Of a DNA stretch of 64,000 bases, positions 1 to 12,695 are shown piece by piece. The translations under genes were made by a program, and so were the position numbers. Origin of the DNA: Acanthaster planci (lineage: Eukaryota); the NCBI RefSeq assembly GCF_001949145.1, contig NW_019091361.1, positions 124,001 through 188,000 on the forward strand, in the 5' to 3' direction. Numbering within the stretch: the stretch's first letter is position 1; each line of letters starts with the position of its first letter. Under the pieces are notes generated by a model. It did not search any database. It saw only the letters and a program-made list of their open reading frames with translations, and had not been told where the DNA came from.

Positions 1-1751
1 TGATAAATCTAGAGCCAACATGGCAATAAGTAATGTACAAATCAACATCCTTGGATGTTTTGTCACATCATTAGCTTGACTTTTTTTTACCTCTCAAACT
101 CGATTAGAATTTATTTTCCTGTCACTTGATTGATTGCGAAAATGTGGTATGGGAGTGAGTTAAGTATTAAATCTCAAACACATACATGTACATGTACTTG
201 ATAGTCTGTGTGAAATATATGCTTGGCTTTGGTTGTGTTTAAGGGTTTTAACAGGAAATTCCCAAAGCAACACATTCCAAGGTGCCAAATGGGTAAAGTG
301 ATAATTGTAGTGGACAGTGGTAGTGTCAGATAATGAAGTGTATCTCAGTCAGTTTATACCAAGTCACGATTTGCTACTTAAAACTGTGTCATGGTATATT
401 TTAATGCCTTAGATTTGAAGTATGGAACGAATTTAGAAAAAACATGTAGAAATGTGTATAAGCTTGACAGAAATCTAGGATTGTGCAGATGGTCTAACAT
501 CAGTCCCTATTCCCAGAAGGGTGATCACTATATATGGTAGAATTTGAAAATAATTAGTCAGGAAAATACTTCATCCGTATTATTTGATTATCAAAGAGTT
601 TTTTCTTATCCAAGGTATTAATTTTGTGATATTAGTGTATTGAATGCCTTAATGGCACACAATTTCTAATACCTTGTACTTTATTGCAATTCACCCATTT
701 CAAGGACTTTAGTCGTCGTTTTTGGTCCAAGTCCATTAACCCAAAAGAAAAACAAAATGAACCAAATTGACCATTTTGTAAGTAAATGTATTCCTGATTG
801 TCTTACTGCATTAAGTTTCCAACCACTAAGATCTTTTGTATTTCCTTATTTAGTTATTTTAAAACTGACACATCAGCAACTTCAGCTTCCTAGTATAGCA
901 AATGATGCTCTGTTGCTATGGGAGGCATTACTAGTGAAGTCAATGTGATTGACTCTCTATAAATTGTTGACGCTACTGGTGTTATCAAGCTAAGTCAAAG
1001 TCGACCCAAAATTTGTCAAGATGTAAATTCTATTGTAGTGGCCCTGCAACTTTAAAAGTACGTAGCAACAGAAGTTAACGTTGGAGTAATAGTGCTGTTA
1101 CTCCAGAATATGCCGATGCTTTTAGTAATGGATCAGAAGATATTACCGGTGTCATGGCTGTAGATGTTGAGAAACAGTTTGACCAAAGATTGTGGTTGGG
1201 AGTTGTCTTATCAATGGGCAGTATGACATTGTTATAATTATTAATTGTTGAATTAAAATGAACTTGTGACAAGAGCATGGCACAGTTTGCTTGTCTTTTG
1301 AGCATTAAGGCATAGGTGTTCAGGTGACCCCCCCCCAACAAAAAGATGAGATGACTTGGCAGAGTACAGTTGTGTGTGTGTATTAAAGTGCAGTCACACC
1401 AAAGCCATTTTGCTGTGACAGGGCAAACCAAACATCCAAATTTACATCTTACCATGATTGAAGACATCTACCAACCAGGTGGCGTGTTCTTGTACTTGAG
1501 TAAGTTTGTGATTTTCCCCCACAGAATATTGGGAAGCTCTGAGAATACAATATTTAAATTATTTACGTTTGCAAATGGTAAACCAGATATCAATAATGGA
1601 ATAATGAAAGCGTGCCTTGGTGAATTAATGCAGGTTTGCTCATTTATCCCTGTACCCTAACCAGCGGCATATCCAGCTTTTGGGGGGGGGAGGGGGAGAT
1701 TCTAAAGCGAATTCAGCTTCAGGCTATTTAACATGATGTTTGGAGGAGAAA

Positions 1752-1843
1752 CAATATCAAAAGCCTTATGGACCCGACATCCTTGCTTTTATGTTTTGGT
1801 ACATAAAAGCAAGGTTGTCGGGTCCATAAGGCTTTTGATATTG
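1752..1843. repeat. Near-perfect palindrome/hairpin (43-bp arms, 6-nt loop)
   Basis: 1752-1794 CAATATCAAAAGCCTTATGGACCCGACATCCTTGCTTTTATGT is the reverse complement of 1801-1843 with one mismatch; the loop is TTTGGT. Confidence 0.9.
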
Positions 1844-2297
1844 ATATTTTGATATTGTTTGTTAGGGTTTTAGTGCTACTATTGATAAACAAAACTGCTG
1901 ATAAACAAAATATTAATATTTGATTCTGAAAAATCTGTTAAGAAGTTTAACACCACCCATTTCTCTGTTGAAAGAGGCAGCGATACAAATGAAATAAGGC
2001 AGCCATCGAGATTTAAATCGTGTTTCAATTTTCAGCGGTTTTTGTATATGCAGAAAATTATTCTTTCATACATTCTTTATTGGTGGCCGTGGTGTGGCCA
2101 ACATTTAGAAGGAGCAGAGCCACAAGTGTGCAGAATGGACGGTAATGTAACAGAAGCTCTAGATCTCTTGTCCTGGGTCTTCGCTGCACTACAAATATAT
2201 GGTGATGTGCTCAGAAGAGTTTTAAAGCTGTAGCTGGAGGGAAAAATGTTTCTTGAAGTTTTCACAAATGCAGCACATTAACTCCAATCCTTAGCCA

Positions 2298-2781
2298 CAT
2301 GAACGGATCCAGGATTTTCCTATGGGGGAGGCATGATCGCGGATTTTCCAAGGGGGGGGAGTTGTGAACTAAAAAAGTAATGGTATAATGCCGATACAGT
2401 GTAGGGTCTGGAGCCATTTTGGATTCTGGGTGCTCTGTGTAGGGGTGTAGCCACTGGGGGGAGTATGTGTCCCCCACAAATTCCTGCGCCCCCCCCCCAA
2501 AAAAAACCAAAATGGATGAATGGATATTGAACAAGGCTAACAAAAGCTTGCTCCCAAAAACCACAACACTGAAAGCTGGTTCCCCCATAAGATGTTGGTA
2601 CCCCCCCCCAGTAAAACCCTAGCTATGCCACTGGCTATGTGGTGCATTTTCTTGGAGTATGACCCCTTCTTTTCTTCTCCCCTCCCTCTTTTTTTTTTCA
2701 TCATTTTTATTCGTTTATCTATTTATTTTTTGGTGAAAAAAGGGGGCGTGCGCCCCCACGCCCCGCCCCTGATCCGTGCTG
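2298..2781. mobile_element. Nested hAT-like MITE remnants (inner element 2440-2633)
   Basis: The inner element has termini TAGGGGTGTAGC...GCTATGCCACTG, flanked by GCTCTGTG/GCTATGTG (7/8 match, degenerate 8-bp TSD). The outer element has termini CATGAACGGATC...GATCCGTGCTG. Both carry the poly-G/poly-C tracts common in such MITEs. Confidence 0.5.
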
Positions 2782-2997
2782 GCGTGCGCGTCTGGCCATC
2801 GGACAAGTGTCTTTATCAGTTGGCGAGTGATGGCGCTATTCTCATCGTTACCAGACATGCGATTACGAGTGTGTACGTACATACATGTATATGTACATGT
2901 AGGTCTAAGTACATGTTCATGTACGTAATAAGCCTGCAGGCGCAGGCATGCATGGCCGGTACATGTTGACTAATCTGTAACCGCGTAATTAAGGAAG

Positions 2998-5900
2998 ATG
3001 GCAGTGCCGATGTGGAACGACAGTCTAGTTTCGCCACCACCCGTTGCTAGTTGTTCCTACACTTGTTATGAAATTGACGAAGGTAACAATCAGTGTGCAT
3101 GTGGGGCAGAGCCAGAAATGAGAAGGCTAAGGCCGATCTAGTTAAACACACCGTCTAAACGTTACACGTTATTACATACTAACGTAATAGGGGCCTAGAA
3201 GTAGAACTTAATTCCCCCTTAAAAATGTTTAGCTTTCACCCTAACTCCCTAGGGTGTGTGCAAAATCATATTAAAATTGGAGGATTCAGGGTGTTAGGGT
3301 TAATTTAGAGTTCTTGATTTTTTTAGTAGTGTAGGCTCCTGTTTATTTGTTTAAACCTCCAGCTCCCCCCCCCCCATATAATGTAGCCACATTGTCTGGC
3401 CACACTCAGCGTAGCACTGCCTAGCAGATCAGCAGAGACCAGTCAACTTTACATGTACATGTACTGTTCCTCCTAACTGGAGTATGGTTTTCTGCTCGAG
3501 CCTTAGTCTGCTAGAAGTCAGTGATTGATGTCTGAGTGTAAACTCGTAAGGTCCATCACTGTGTAGCCCTTTTTTTAAGGCCTTGGCGGCTAGTGTTTAT
3601 GTGTAAATCTGCAAAGCGGCTGGACAGGAGACCACATGCACGAGTCGCACAGCCAGGAGGCCTTTTCCAACTTGTCAGGAATTTCTTTTGTTTTTCTTTG
3701 TGTGTTCGATTTTTGCTGCCCTGTTGGGGTAGCAAAAATCCCAACCAATCATAAGCGAGGAAGTCAGCATACATTAAAAAAATTAACCTATTATGCAAAT
3801 TGAAAGTATACAAAAGATGGGGAGCATGTCAAGTGTGTCGGCGGCCGTGTGAGTGCAGGTCAGTTGTCTGAGCAGTATTTGGACAGTTCTTCTGCTGCAA
3901 AACTTCACCTTGCCAAGTTTAAATCGTTGCAGCGTTAGGCTATTGAAGTATCTGTACGTGGGCGTGACGTTTTCGTCTCTGCCCATGGGATATGGTAAGA
4001 GCTCCATATTTCAAGCCCTGTCGTTTTGCTTTGACCGTTCGGCCTTGATGAACTGCTACTTGCTAGTGTTACTCCAACATCAGCACCGTCCCCCACCAAC
4101 AAGCATCATAGTTCTCATCTCACCGCTTATTGCCCTCTTGAAAAACCAGATGGAAACATTGGGTAAGCTTTGGAGTTGATGCCGTTTATTTCAGAGACTC
4201 ATCTGCTTCAACTATTTACATGAAATTTACGAATAATGCATATCAGAAACCTTATGAATAATTCACCACAAAAACCTCAAAATTAAGTTGGAAAAGGCCT
4301 TGTGGCTGTGCCACTCGCCTGGTCTCCTGTCCAGTCACTTTGCAGTTGCACACACACAGCCACGAAGGCCTTGATGAAAGGCTAATCACTGTGTTGGTTT
4401 TAGTCCTTTTAAGTTTTAGTCTTTTGGTGTTAAGTCTTTTAGCCTTTTTGGGTTTTTTCTATCTTTTTTAGTACCTTTTCTTTAATAAATCCTTTTTGTC
4501 CCTTTCTGAAGTCAAATATTGGTGTCTGAGTCCTCGTTAATTCAGTTTCCTGCAACTTTTCCCTCAAAAATCCTTGGTTTAGTTACATTTTTTTGGTTAA
4601 TTGTTTTGGTTTGGGACAGCGAGTTTTGCTGTAGGTTTTCCTTTTTCCCTGCCACGCTTCCACAATGACGGAGGGCAGGTTTTATTAAATAGGCCTAGCC
4701 TAAATTAAGTGACAATCCCTGACAGTAAAAAAAATTCACTAGCTGAGGCTCAATTGCAGAATACCCTACCACCCACCTCTCCCACATCGTAGCCGGGTAT
4801 GATGTGGCGCTTGACCATTGACCACTCTTACACAAAATATGCACAGGACTGCTTACACACAAAATATGCACAGGGCTTCACCTACATGACCTACATGTAA
4901 TCGTAATAGGCCACACAATGCCCGTATTGGAACTGCCCATGTTCAAATTGCCCGTTTTTGAATGGGCGGCTGAACTCGTCAATTAGCTGATTAGATTTGC
5001 TGTTTTGTAGAAGGGAAATAAACTTCTCTAATCAGACTTTCTCTTGTAATCGAGGCTTGGGAGGATGTTTTTTAGAAGGAAAATAAGTTCTTTGATCAGA
5101 CTTTCTCCTTTATCTGTGGCTTGGGAGCATGTTTTTAGAAGGGGGCATAAAGTTCGCCCATAAGACTTCTGTTTATATGGCTTGGGAGAATTTTTTAATA
5201 AGGGGACGCTACCGATGTGAAGTTAGTTCCTTGTTCCTCATTTCAACTCCATTTCAACCGGGGTAAAGGCAGTTTTCCACGGTCCAAACGGTTGTGAGAA
5301 AAGTCTTGTCTTGTCAGTGGAGTTCTTTGCTTCCAAACCAGAGTGGGAAGTGAATACATCACACCACACTTTTCTCCAATCAAAATAAAATACCCAAAGC
5401 CCATGCCCCGCCTGGAGATTACATTGAAACTGATGTCATTGTTCTCTTCAATCAGAGACGACTTCTTACAACCCGGAGCATGGGGTGCTTCGGGGTCAAA
5501 CAAGCCCTGACTGGTGTAGTGGGTACAGTTTGTTTTTTTTGTTCCCCCCAAAAGCTGTCTAGTAGTACTAAATAATACCTCGTTAACCACTTCATGCTAG
5601 AGCATTTTTCAATGTTGATGATGCTGGGCCGGCATAATTATCATTTTTTTCGTTTTCAAAATTCTTCAAAAATTCATCATTTCATTTAACAGACATTTAT
5701 AGCCGCACAAAGTAATCTTTAGGCACTACTCTAAGTTGATAGGTGACCTTCATTGATGCCCTCTTTTCAATAGGGTCCAGATTAGCATGCAGCGGTGCTG
5801 TGTGGCTCATCACTGCGGTGGTGGAGTGCTTTTGTCCCCGGTGGTAATCCGCTCGCTATAAATGCCCCAAACCCTGGTGTACGGTTTCAAAACAAGGCTG

Positions 5901-8900
5901 GATTATCGCCACTTTTGAGAGTGAAAAATGTTGATAATGCCCAGCAGCCTGGTCTTTTGTTTGGAGTGTGGTCTTTTGTTACAGGGCCCTGTGTCCTTTG
6001 TCCAAGTTCGTAGACCCCGGCCACGCATATAAAGCATACGTCTCCGATTCTGGAGTCCCCGGCAGGAAGTGGTTAACACACATGCCTGATGTTTTTGGAC
6101 CATGTAACCAGCTTTTCAAAAATCAATAATGCAACCTCAATCCCATGGGTGCGATCTTGGTGCTCTATGTGTACATTGATTCCCAATGCAGGAACGCACA
6201 CGCGGCCCATGGAGTCGAGGTTGCCAATGATGTGATGCATTACACACTATTGGAGTGGTCACTGTCCCATTCGTTTGGAGGAATAAATCACTAACACTGA
6301 CTCCATGGTTGACGTCCATGTACACGAGAAAGCATGAAATAGTTTTAAAATCTAGCATGTTTTGAAGTTGAAGTTCTTTTGACACTGATTTGAATTGAAT
6401 AACATGCATCTTGTTGTAATTAATCAAACACCTTATTCAGCAATGTGATGTACATACAAGTCCTTTTCTAGAGTTGTGATACATTTTTATGTGTCCTAAT
6501 GCAGTCAACAACCAAGTGGTGAATTTTTCTACTGTACCATACTAATTATTTCATCTCCTACCAGTGGATGTCTACAATTTAAAGTTAGCACTTCAAGTAA
6601 TGCAGACTTCACACTCAGTGGGATTGGGTCTGTCCAGTGAGCAATACACCCTCAGCCGGTTATTGTACAAAGCCAACAATCAGCAACGTCATTGGCGATG
6701 GTACCAGATGCTAAAAAAGGTAATGACAGGTAACCAGAAGATTGATCTAAATAATATGTGCATTCAGTGAAATGGCTTTCTTGACTCCTCTGTTATTGTT
6801 ATTATTGTTTGGTATTACCAGTCTCCAAGGGCATTGCTATTAATGCTTAGAGTTCATTAAAGGAGCCGTATACATTTATCTGTACATTTACAGTGCATCA
6901 TGTTCAAGATACATGTAGGTCAGATATTGGTGAAATATGTACCTGTTAGCTGCCACAGTACCTTTCCCATGACAAGGGAACACTGCAAGTGTTTAGCGAT
7001 CTTAGATTGGTCTATACAGAAACTGTTTTTCCAAGGTTTATATATGCACTGTATGTCCACCCACATGTGAACTTGGTTCCAATTCTGTAATTGATTTGGT
7101 TCTATTCTCAATGTGCGCATGCCATGATCTACACGGTCTACACATATTTCTACCTCGGTGCATGGACATTGGTTTCCTTATCTCCAACTTCTAGATGATC
7201 AACCATTCAATCACCAACTTGGAGAGTTCATTTTCAGTTGTGCACACAGCATATGAGACAGTCTAGCAGATTGAAGTGGGTCAGATTCCCAAGGAAATAA
7301 ATGAGCAACCGTATGCAACGTGTATTCGGGGCCACCCCTCTTGAGGCACATTCCTTTTGTGTGTTTTTGTACCATAAAAGTGTCAGATAAGATACTGTTG
7401 TCAGTGGAAATTAACCATAGAACCCCACTGAGAGAGTGGAGATAAGTGGTACTAGCTTTAAGCAGGGAAAGGATACATGAATGCGTACATTCAAATTTGT
7501 ATTACTGACAAGGGTATGACTGCACCTATCGTTACTTTGAGGGTTGGTATTGTGTGTTATGTAACTTTACAAATTTAATTATATGGCATGATTATGTGCA
7601 AAAATCAAGTATTTCACAACGATGCATTTTATTTCAATTCACAATTGACCTGGATGAGAATACTGATTGTTTGATGTCGCCAGATATGCAAATATGCCCA
7701 GACATATTGAGGAGAAAACCCCTTATATCAAAATGGATCCTCTCATCTGCATAGCTTTGTGCCATTGGATCTCACCACAGAAAGCATTAAATATGTTCGT
7801 GTCTGTACACGTACATGTACATGTATATGAATAGTGGTATTTGTCAAGTCATTAGATTAGTCGAAATTCAGCCAGTTATGTTACATATCCGACATAACAC
7901 CGATGGAAGTTCACGGACAGAACACAACTACATGTATCTAACAACTTGTCATCAAGTCTAACCCAAATGCTGTTTTTCTGAGAAAACTGCAAAATAAAGT
8001 ACTTTCTTCTTTTTTCAGATCCAGAAGAGTTTGAGCAAACTGCAAGCAAACCATCCCGTCAAATTCTGGGAAGACGCAGTCGGTTGTTGCCAAATGTAAG
8101 TTCACACCATCCTATCTATAATGATCCTACATGTAAGCCTGAATTAGAGATTCCATCAATGAAATCAGCTACAGACTGGCTACCGGTTACCATAGTGACT
8201 TTGATACACAATTTGGATGGAAAAATCCAAAAGCAATGTATGTAACTAACAAGCTGAATGCGACATAATCCGGGTTCTTGTTTCTTTTTACCCTTAAAAT
8301 TGAAGCAACCGGGATCAGAGCGGATTGGGATCTATCATCATCCATCTACCAGCTCGTCAAATGCTTGAGTATATCCTAGTCAAGCTAATGGGTCAAGCAA
8401 AGTTGTGTGCGTACATTCTGAACACAGCCGAGTCAGTGTTCATGTATCCTTTTAAATCTGAAGTATTTATTTATCCTACTCCATCCTATGTGTAATGTTC
8501 TGGGCAGTAACTCACACAGGGTTGACACGTAGTTGCCAGTGAACTTTCTAGAGTGGTTTATTCCATGCATGCACTGCACATGCTCACTTAGGGTCATTAA
8601 CATATTGGCATGACAACTGTATCATTGTATGCATACATTACACTATGAACCTGTGCAGGGAGGACACTATGTCAAGAATTAAATTAAAGAACAAGCCTGT
8701 CTACAAGATCCTCTTATGCACATGCTTGGATCAGACCATTTGGAGGACTCATTAAACATAAAAGTAAACCGAGAGTTTTACAAACTTGATGTTGTATGTC
8801 TTACAGTACTTTACTGTGGCTGCTAGGAATCAATGAAAATAGCACTCTCTTTGGAGAACAAGTTGAGGATTCTTCCACTGATGAAAAATGAATGTACATA

Positions 8901-11900
8901 CCAGAAACAAGCTTAACATGTAACTAGTTTTCAAATGAATGTATGCAAAACCAGTGCATACTGTTCATGCCTTTTCAATGTTTGTTTGAGAGGAACACGT
9001 AAACATAGATATTGGTGTACTGGGTTCATTAGAATACAGGCCCCTCTTTATTATGTATTTCTATATTTCAATGAGGCTAGATTTTTCACTTAGTGTAGAT
9101 GCCCTGATGAAAAACCTGTTTAACAGTAATTTCTGCGTGCTCATTCCTACATGTAAGTTTAGTTCTAAGTGGATCCCACAATTTTTTATCAGTGCTATGC
9201 ACATATAACAAGTTCATGTTTTTAAAATTTCCTTATGGCGCTTCATTGATTGAAGGTTTTAATTACATGAATGATGGTACAGTTTTATTATCCTTATGAG
9301 AATTATGCAGCTTTGTAATTCAGAACATCAAATCTGGTCAATTCCTGGCACACAATGTGATCTATGCAAGCATTGCAAGCCGAATATGGTAAGCTACCAA
9401 ATCTTTGACCAAGTCTATCTGAACAGGTTAAATCCGGTGTCTCTCTTTCAATAGACACAGGACTGTAGAATCTGGTTACTTTTTCTTTACGTAGTCCCTA
9501 GAATCTTCCACAGATTACTAGACTTTGGCTTATTCAGGAATTTTTTACCAAAAATACTCGACAGGTCACTGACCAAGACACAAACGTTGAAGTTATTTGG
9601 AGGGATTCAGTGTTGTAGAGCAAGGTTTAGTAGTCTTATCCCTCTTGAATCAATCTTGTTCCCTTTCAGGGTCATGATGCGGACAATGTTAAGAGACATC
9701 CTGATGTGGTATTCAACTCTCAGACCTTGGATTGACAAGCTGAAGGCAACATCCATGCAGTGGGTAAGTTGTGAGTAGGGCCTAGCCATTCATTGATGTT
9801 GCTCCAGTTACCTTCCCTCAAATATTCCTTATTCATGTACACTTGAGTTGCCATGGTAATGATCCTCCTCAGTTGGCACATGATGTTTGCTTACACAATC
9901 ACTGAATGGTCATACTGTACCAGTTTTGCAGCTTAAAGTCCTTCTTTCGTTATTTTTGAGTATTGGTTTGACTTGTGCTCAAGTGAAGGTTTGTGCCCAT
10001 TTATCATCTTTGCTCCAAGTTCACATCAGACCCAATTCTCTGTGATTACTGAACCCTGCTTAATTTAATTAGTGAACACTTTGGAATCATACTTTCATTT
10101 TGGGCTTTGTTTATTGGTATTTTGTGTAGTAATCTTTGATATATATTCCATGCAATATTTTAAGAGGGAAACAACATTAAAGGTGCTACATTTAGATCAG
10201 TTTTCTGTGGTTTCTGCCAATCCATAGAGGAAAGTCTCTTCCTTATCTGTCCTTGAGGGGTTAAATCTTGGCTTGATCACATATACTAACTTTCTTGAGC
10301 GTAACAGGAGAAGTAAGAAAGTAGATGCCTTTTGGACCATTTATTCAGATATTAGCTGGACAGGTCCTTCCAGACTGTCTACAAGACTGGCTCCGAGCTG
10401 ACTATAATCCAGACAAATATAGCAAAGCAATGTAAGTTGAGTTTGTGTCAGGTCCCAAATTGGCACAGGTAGAAACAAGTTTAAACAGTTCAGTTTTTGC
10501 TTACGAGAAAAATATAACTTTTTTTCCCAATTTAATTCTCAGTGAAATTTGTAATCAATGCACAGTCCCCTGCAGTCACATACTTTCATGCATTCGGGTC
10601 AACATCCAACTGAAATTAGAGATTGGAGATTTTAAATCAGCATTTCATTACAACTAATATGAACAATTCTCAGGATTGAAAACCTCTCTGTGGTAATGCA
10701 AATTCCCCTTCATATTTGGTTCATTGTGGCAAAAAAGTCATCCGTTTGTAGATGTTACCAAAAATTGACAACTTAAGTACAGCTCTGCGGTATTTGTCAA
10801 TGATTTAGTTTCATTTGGACCTTTTGTGATTATATATCGACAAGTCTAGCTGTTGTTATTTATGTTGGTTTTATGCTCAAGGCTTCAAAAAGCTTTTGTG
10901 TGTTGGTAGTGCCGTGCATTCACAGTGGCACACTGTACTAAGAATCCTAGTGATTTCATGTTACGTTAATCTTTGCATGTTAGGTTAACCAGATGTTATT
11001 GATCTATTCATTGCCAAAAAATGAATAATAATAACAATTTATAATAACTTTATAGAGAGCAAACTTCTAAGACGAAAGGCTCCAGCCTACTGGACAGCAT
11101 GTTTGCCTCTACTAGTCTGGCAACGTCAGAACCCATCATGACAGAATCACTAACAGAGAAAGACCTCTACAACACTAATGTTGCCATGGCTGCATCTACA
11201 GCGCCCTCTATGGATCTAGGAGGTAAGAATGAATGAACAGGTCATAACATTTTGAATTCTCTTTTCTTACTGAAGAGAAACTTTCACAGGGTCGTTACTC
11301 TTCTGTTTGAAGTACAGTAAACAGTTTTCCTGCAAAATTTCAAATGTGCCCATTCAGATACTCTGAACAGTTTTCAGGCTTCAATATTTTTTTTATTTTA
11401 AACAAAATGCTAAGCGTGCAGTCCTTATACCTGTACTTGCTAATCAAATGCACATTTCAGAGCCCATTAAAGCTGGAGAGCTGGTGGAGAACAGAAAGAG
11501 GAAATGGTTGGACACAAGTTGCTTGCAAGAGTCAGATGCTAAGAGGTCACGATTAGAGGTTGAAACCAGGACTAAGGAGACTGGAGCATTGGCAAGTTGC
11601 TCTTCTAGCATCCAGCCAATCACCAAAATGAAGAAGTCGGAACAGAGGGAGGAGAAACATTTGGGAATACCAAAAGGAAAGAAGCAATCCAAAGGGATCT
11701 TGAAACAGTTGAAACTTAGTCTGAAAAGAAAGGAAAAAGGGACCCTGCAGAAAGGAGATGCAGAAAATGAGAACGAGGAAGTGGTTGGTTTGTCTTACAG
11801 AGGACCTGAAGAAACCACAAGAAACTGGTCCAAACAACTGAAGAACAAACTACAGAAGAAGCTTAGGAAGTTCAAGCAAAACTCTCCAGCCAGCAACGAA

Positions 11901-12695
11901 ACATTATCAGAAAAGAAACTCTCGATAGAGGCACAAAATCCAATAGATGAAGAGGATGAAGTTGATGGAAAGCTTGATTCAGATTGGTTGGAAAGTAACC
12001 TTGACCAAAATAAATTAAAGGGCGTGAGCGAAGTTACTAAGGAATCCAAGAAGAACAAGAATAAAGTCAAAAGGGGATTTCAGAAGACCAGAAAACAAAC
12101 GAAAAAATTAAAACACAAGGAATGGATACAAGAAACCGAAACTGAACCAAATTATTTAATTGGTTCATTAGGTGGTCAACATCCCGAAGACTCTTTCTCT
12201 TTAAGGCATCAGTTTCCTGATCCCAGTCAAACAGGGACCAACTACAAACTTGAAAAGAAAATTGACACCAGCAAATCCAAGAAATTCCAAAGTGACAAGG
12301 GTAGACAACCCAAGATTTGTGAAGAGTACAGGCAAATAAATAAGAATGGAACTGAAAGGATTGTGAAATCCATAAAAAAGAAAAGGCGTGCAGAGTTTAA
12401 CAAATCTGAAGAAACAAAAGGTATGTACGCACAGCCTGAGAGAAATGCACCAGGAGCAATACCAAAGATGCATCAATGGGACTACTTACAGACCAACAAG
12501 AAGATGGCTAACAGTAAAAGAGACATCAGGACAGAAAGCAGTGTCAGCTTCAAAAGGATTCTCAGGAAACCAAAGAAACAGAGATCAGAATCTTCGTTAG
12601 TTTGTGATCTTAGCAAGATGACAAAAGGGAAAGGAGCAAGTTGTAACCGCAACCAAGACTCAGATATCGACCAAATATTTGCATGGTTAGAATGA
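2998..12695 (+). CDS. NEPRO: NEPRO/C3orf17 (DUF4477) nucleolar protein; exons 2998-3082, 6565-6719, 8019-8095, 8306-8443, 9311-9388, 9670-9763, 10349-10431, 11056-11222, 11461-12695 (2112 nt, about 703 aa)
   Basis: All junctions are GT-AG with consistent phases and one open frame. The translation MAVPMWND...LSRLLYKANNQQRH...LKKIQKSLSKL...HLPARQMLEYILVKLMGQAKL...QFLAHNVIYASIASRIWVMMR...LPDCLQDWL...MDLGEPI...DIDQIFAWLE matches, in order, the NEPRO blocks I recall (PWN; LYxNxN; VPSQPVVELVL; LVSRLWV; FPSDITEFL; DLGQPV; C-terminal DIDDIF). Confidence 0.88.
3564..4384 (+). mobile_element. Non-autonomous Academ (AcademH-like) DNA transposon with a RecQ-like helicase remnant, in NEPRO intron 1
   Basis: Termini are TAGCC...GGCTA with imperfect TIRs of about 100-110 bp (about 3564-3673 vs 4286-4384). 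The 9-bp TSD ATCACTGTG is exact at 3555-3563 and 4385-4393. The interior is a decayed helicase coding fragment. Confidence 0.82.
3907..4180 (+). pseudogene. Decayed RecQ-like SF2 helicase fragment (Q motif, motif I, motif Ia)
   Basis: Across one stop and a frameshift it reads FKSLQR*AIEVSVRGRDVFVS / LPMGYGKSSIFQAL...IIVLISPLIALLKNQMETL, which fits RecQ-type DVFVxLPTGxGKS and VISPLIALMKDQ motifs. Confidence 0.8.
5008..5200. repeat. Degenerate tandem repeat, about 60-65 bp unit, about 3 copies
   Basis: The pattern TAGAAGG..ATAA..TTC...AGACTT..T...GGCTTGGGAG..TTTTT recurs three times. Confidence 0.7.
8444..9310 (+). other. U12-type (minor spliceosome) GT-AG intron, NEPRO intron 4
   Basis: The 5' splice site GTATCCTTTT matches the U12 consensus RTATCCTTT. 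A branch-point-like TCCTTAT (9291-9297) lies just upstream of the AG, with no polypyrimidine tract. The flanking exons join in frame (phase 2). Confidence 0.8.

Noticed and set aside
1075..1660. ORFs and an exon-like segment (CAG|AATATTGGG...CAG|GTTTGC, about 1524-1633)
   Set aside because: No recognisable protein motif and no consistent multi-exon frame could be built.
3853..4179. Host RecQ helicase gene
   Set aside because: It is only a fragment with a stop and a frameshift, enclosed by TIRs and a TSD inside another gene's intron.
11448..12695. Stand-alone 415-aa single-exon gene
   Set aside because: The ATG lies in the intron just before the acceptor at 11460; this is the terminal exon of NEPRO.
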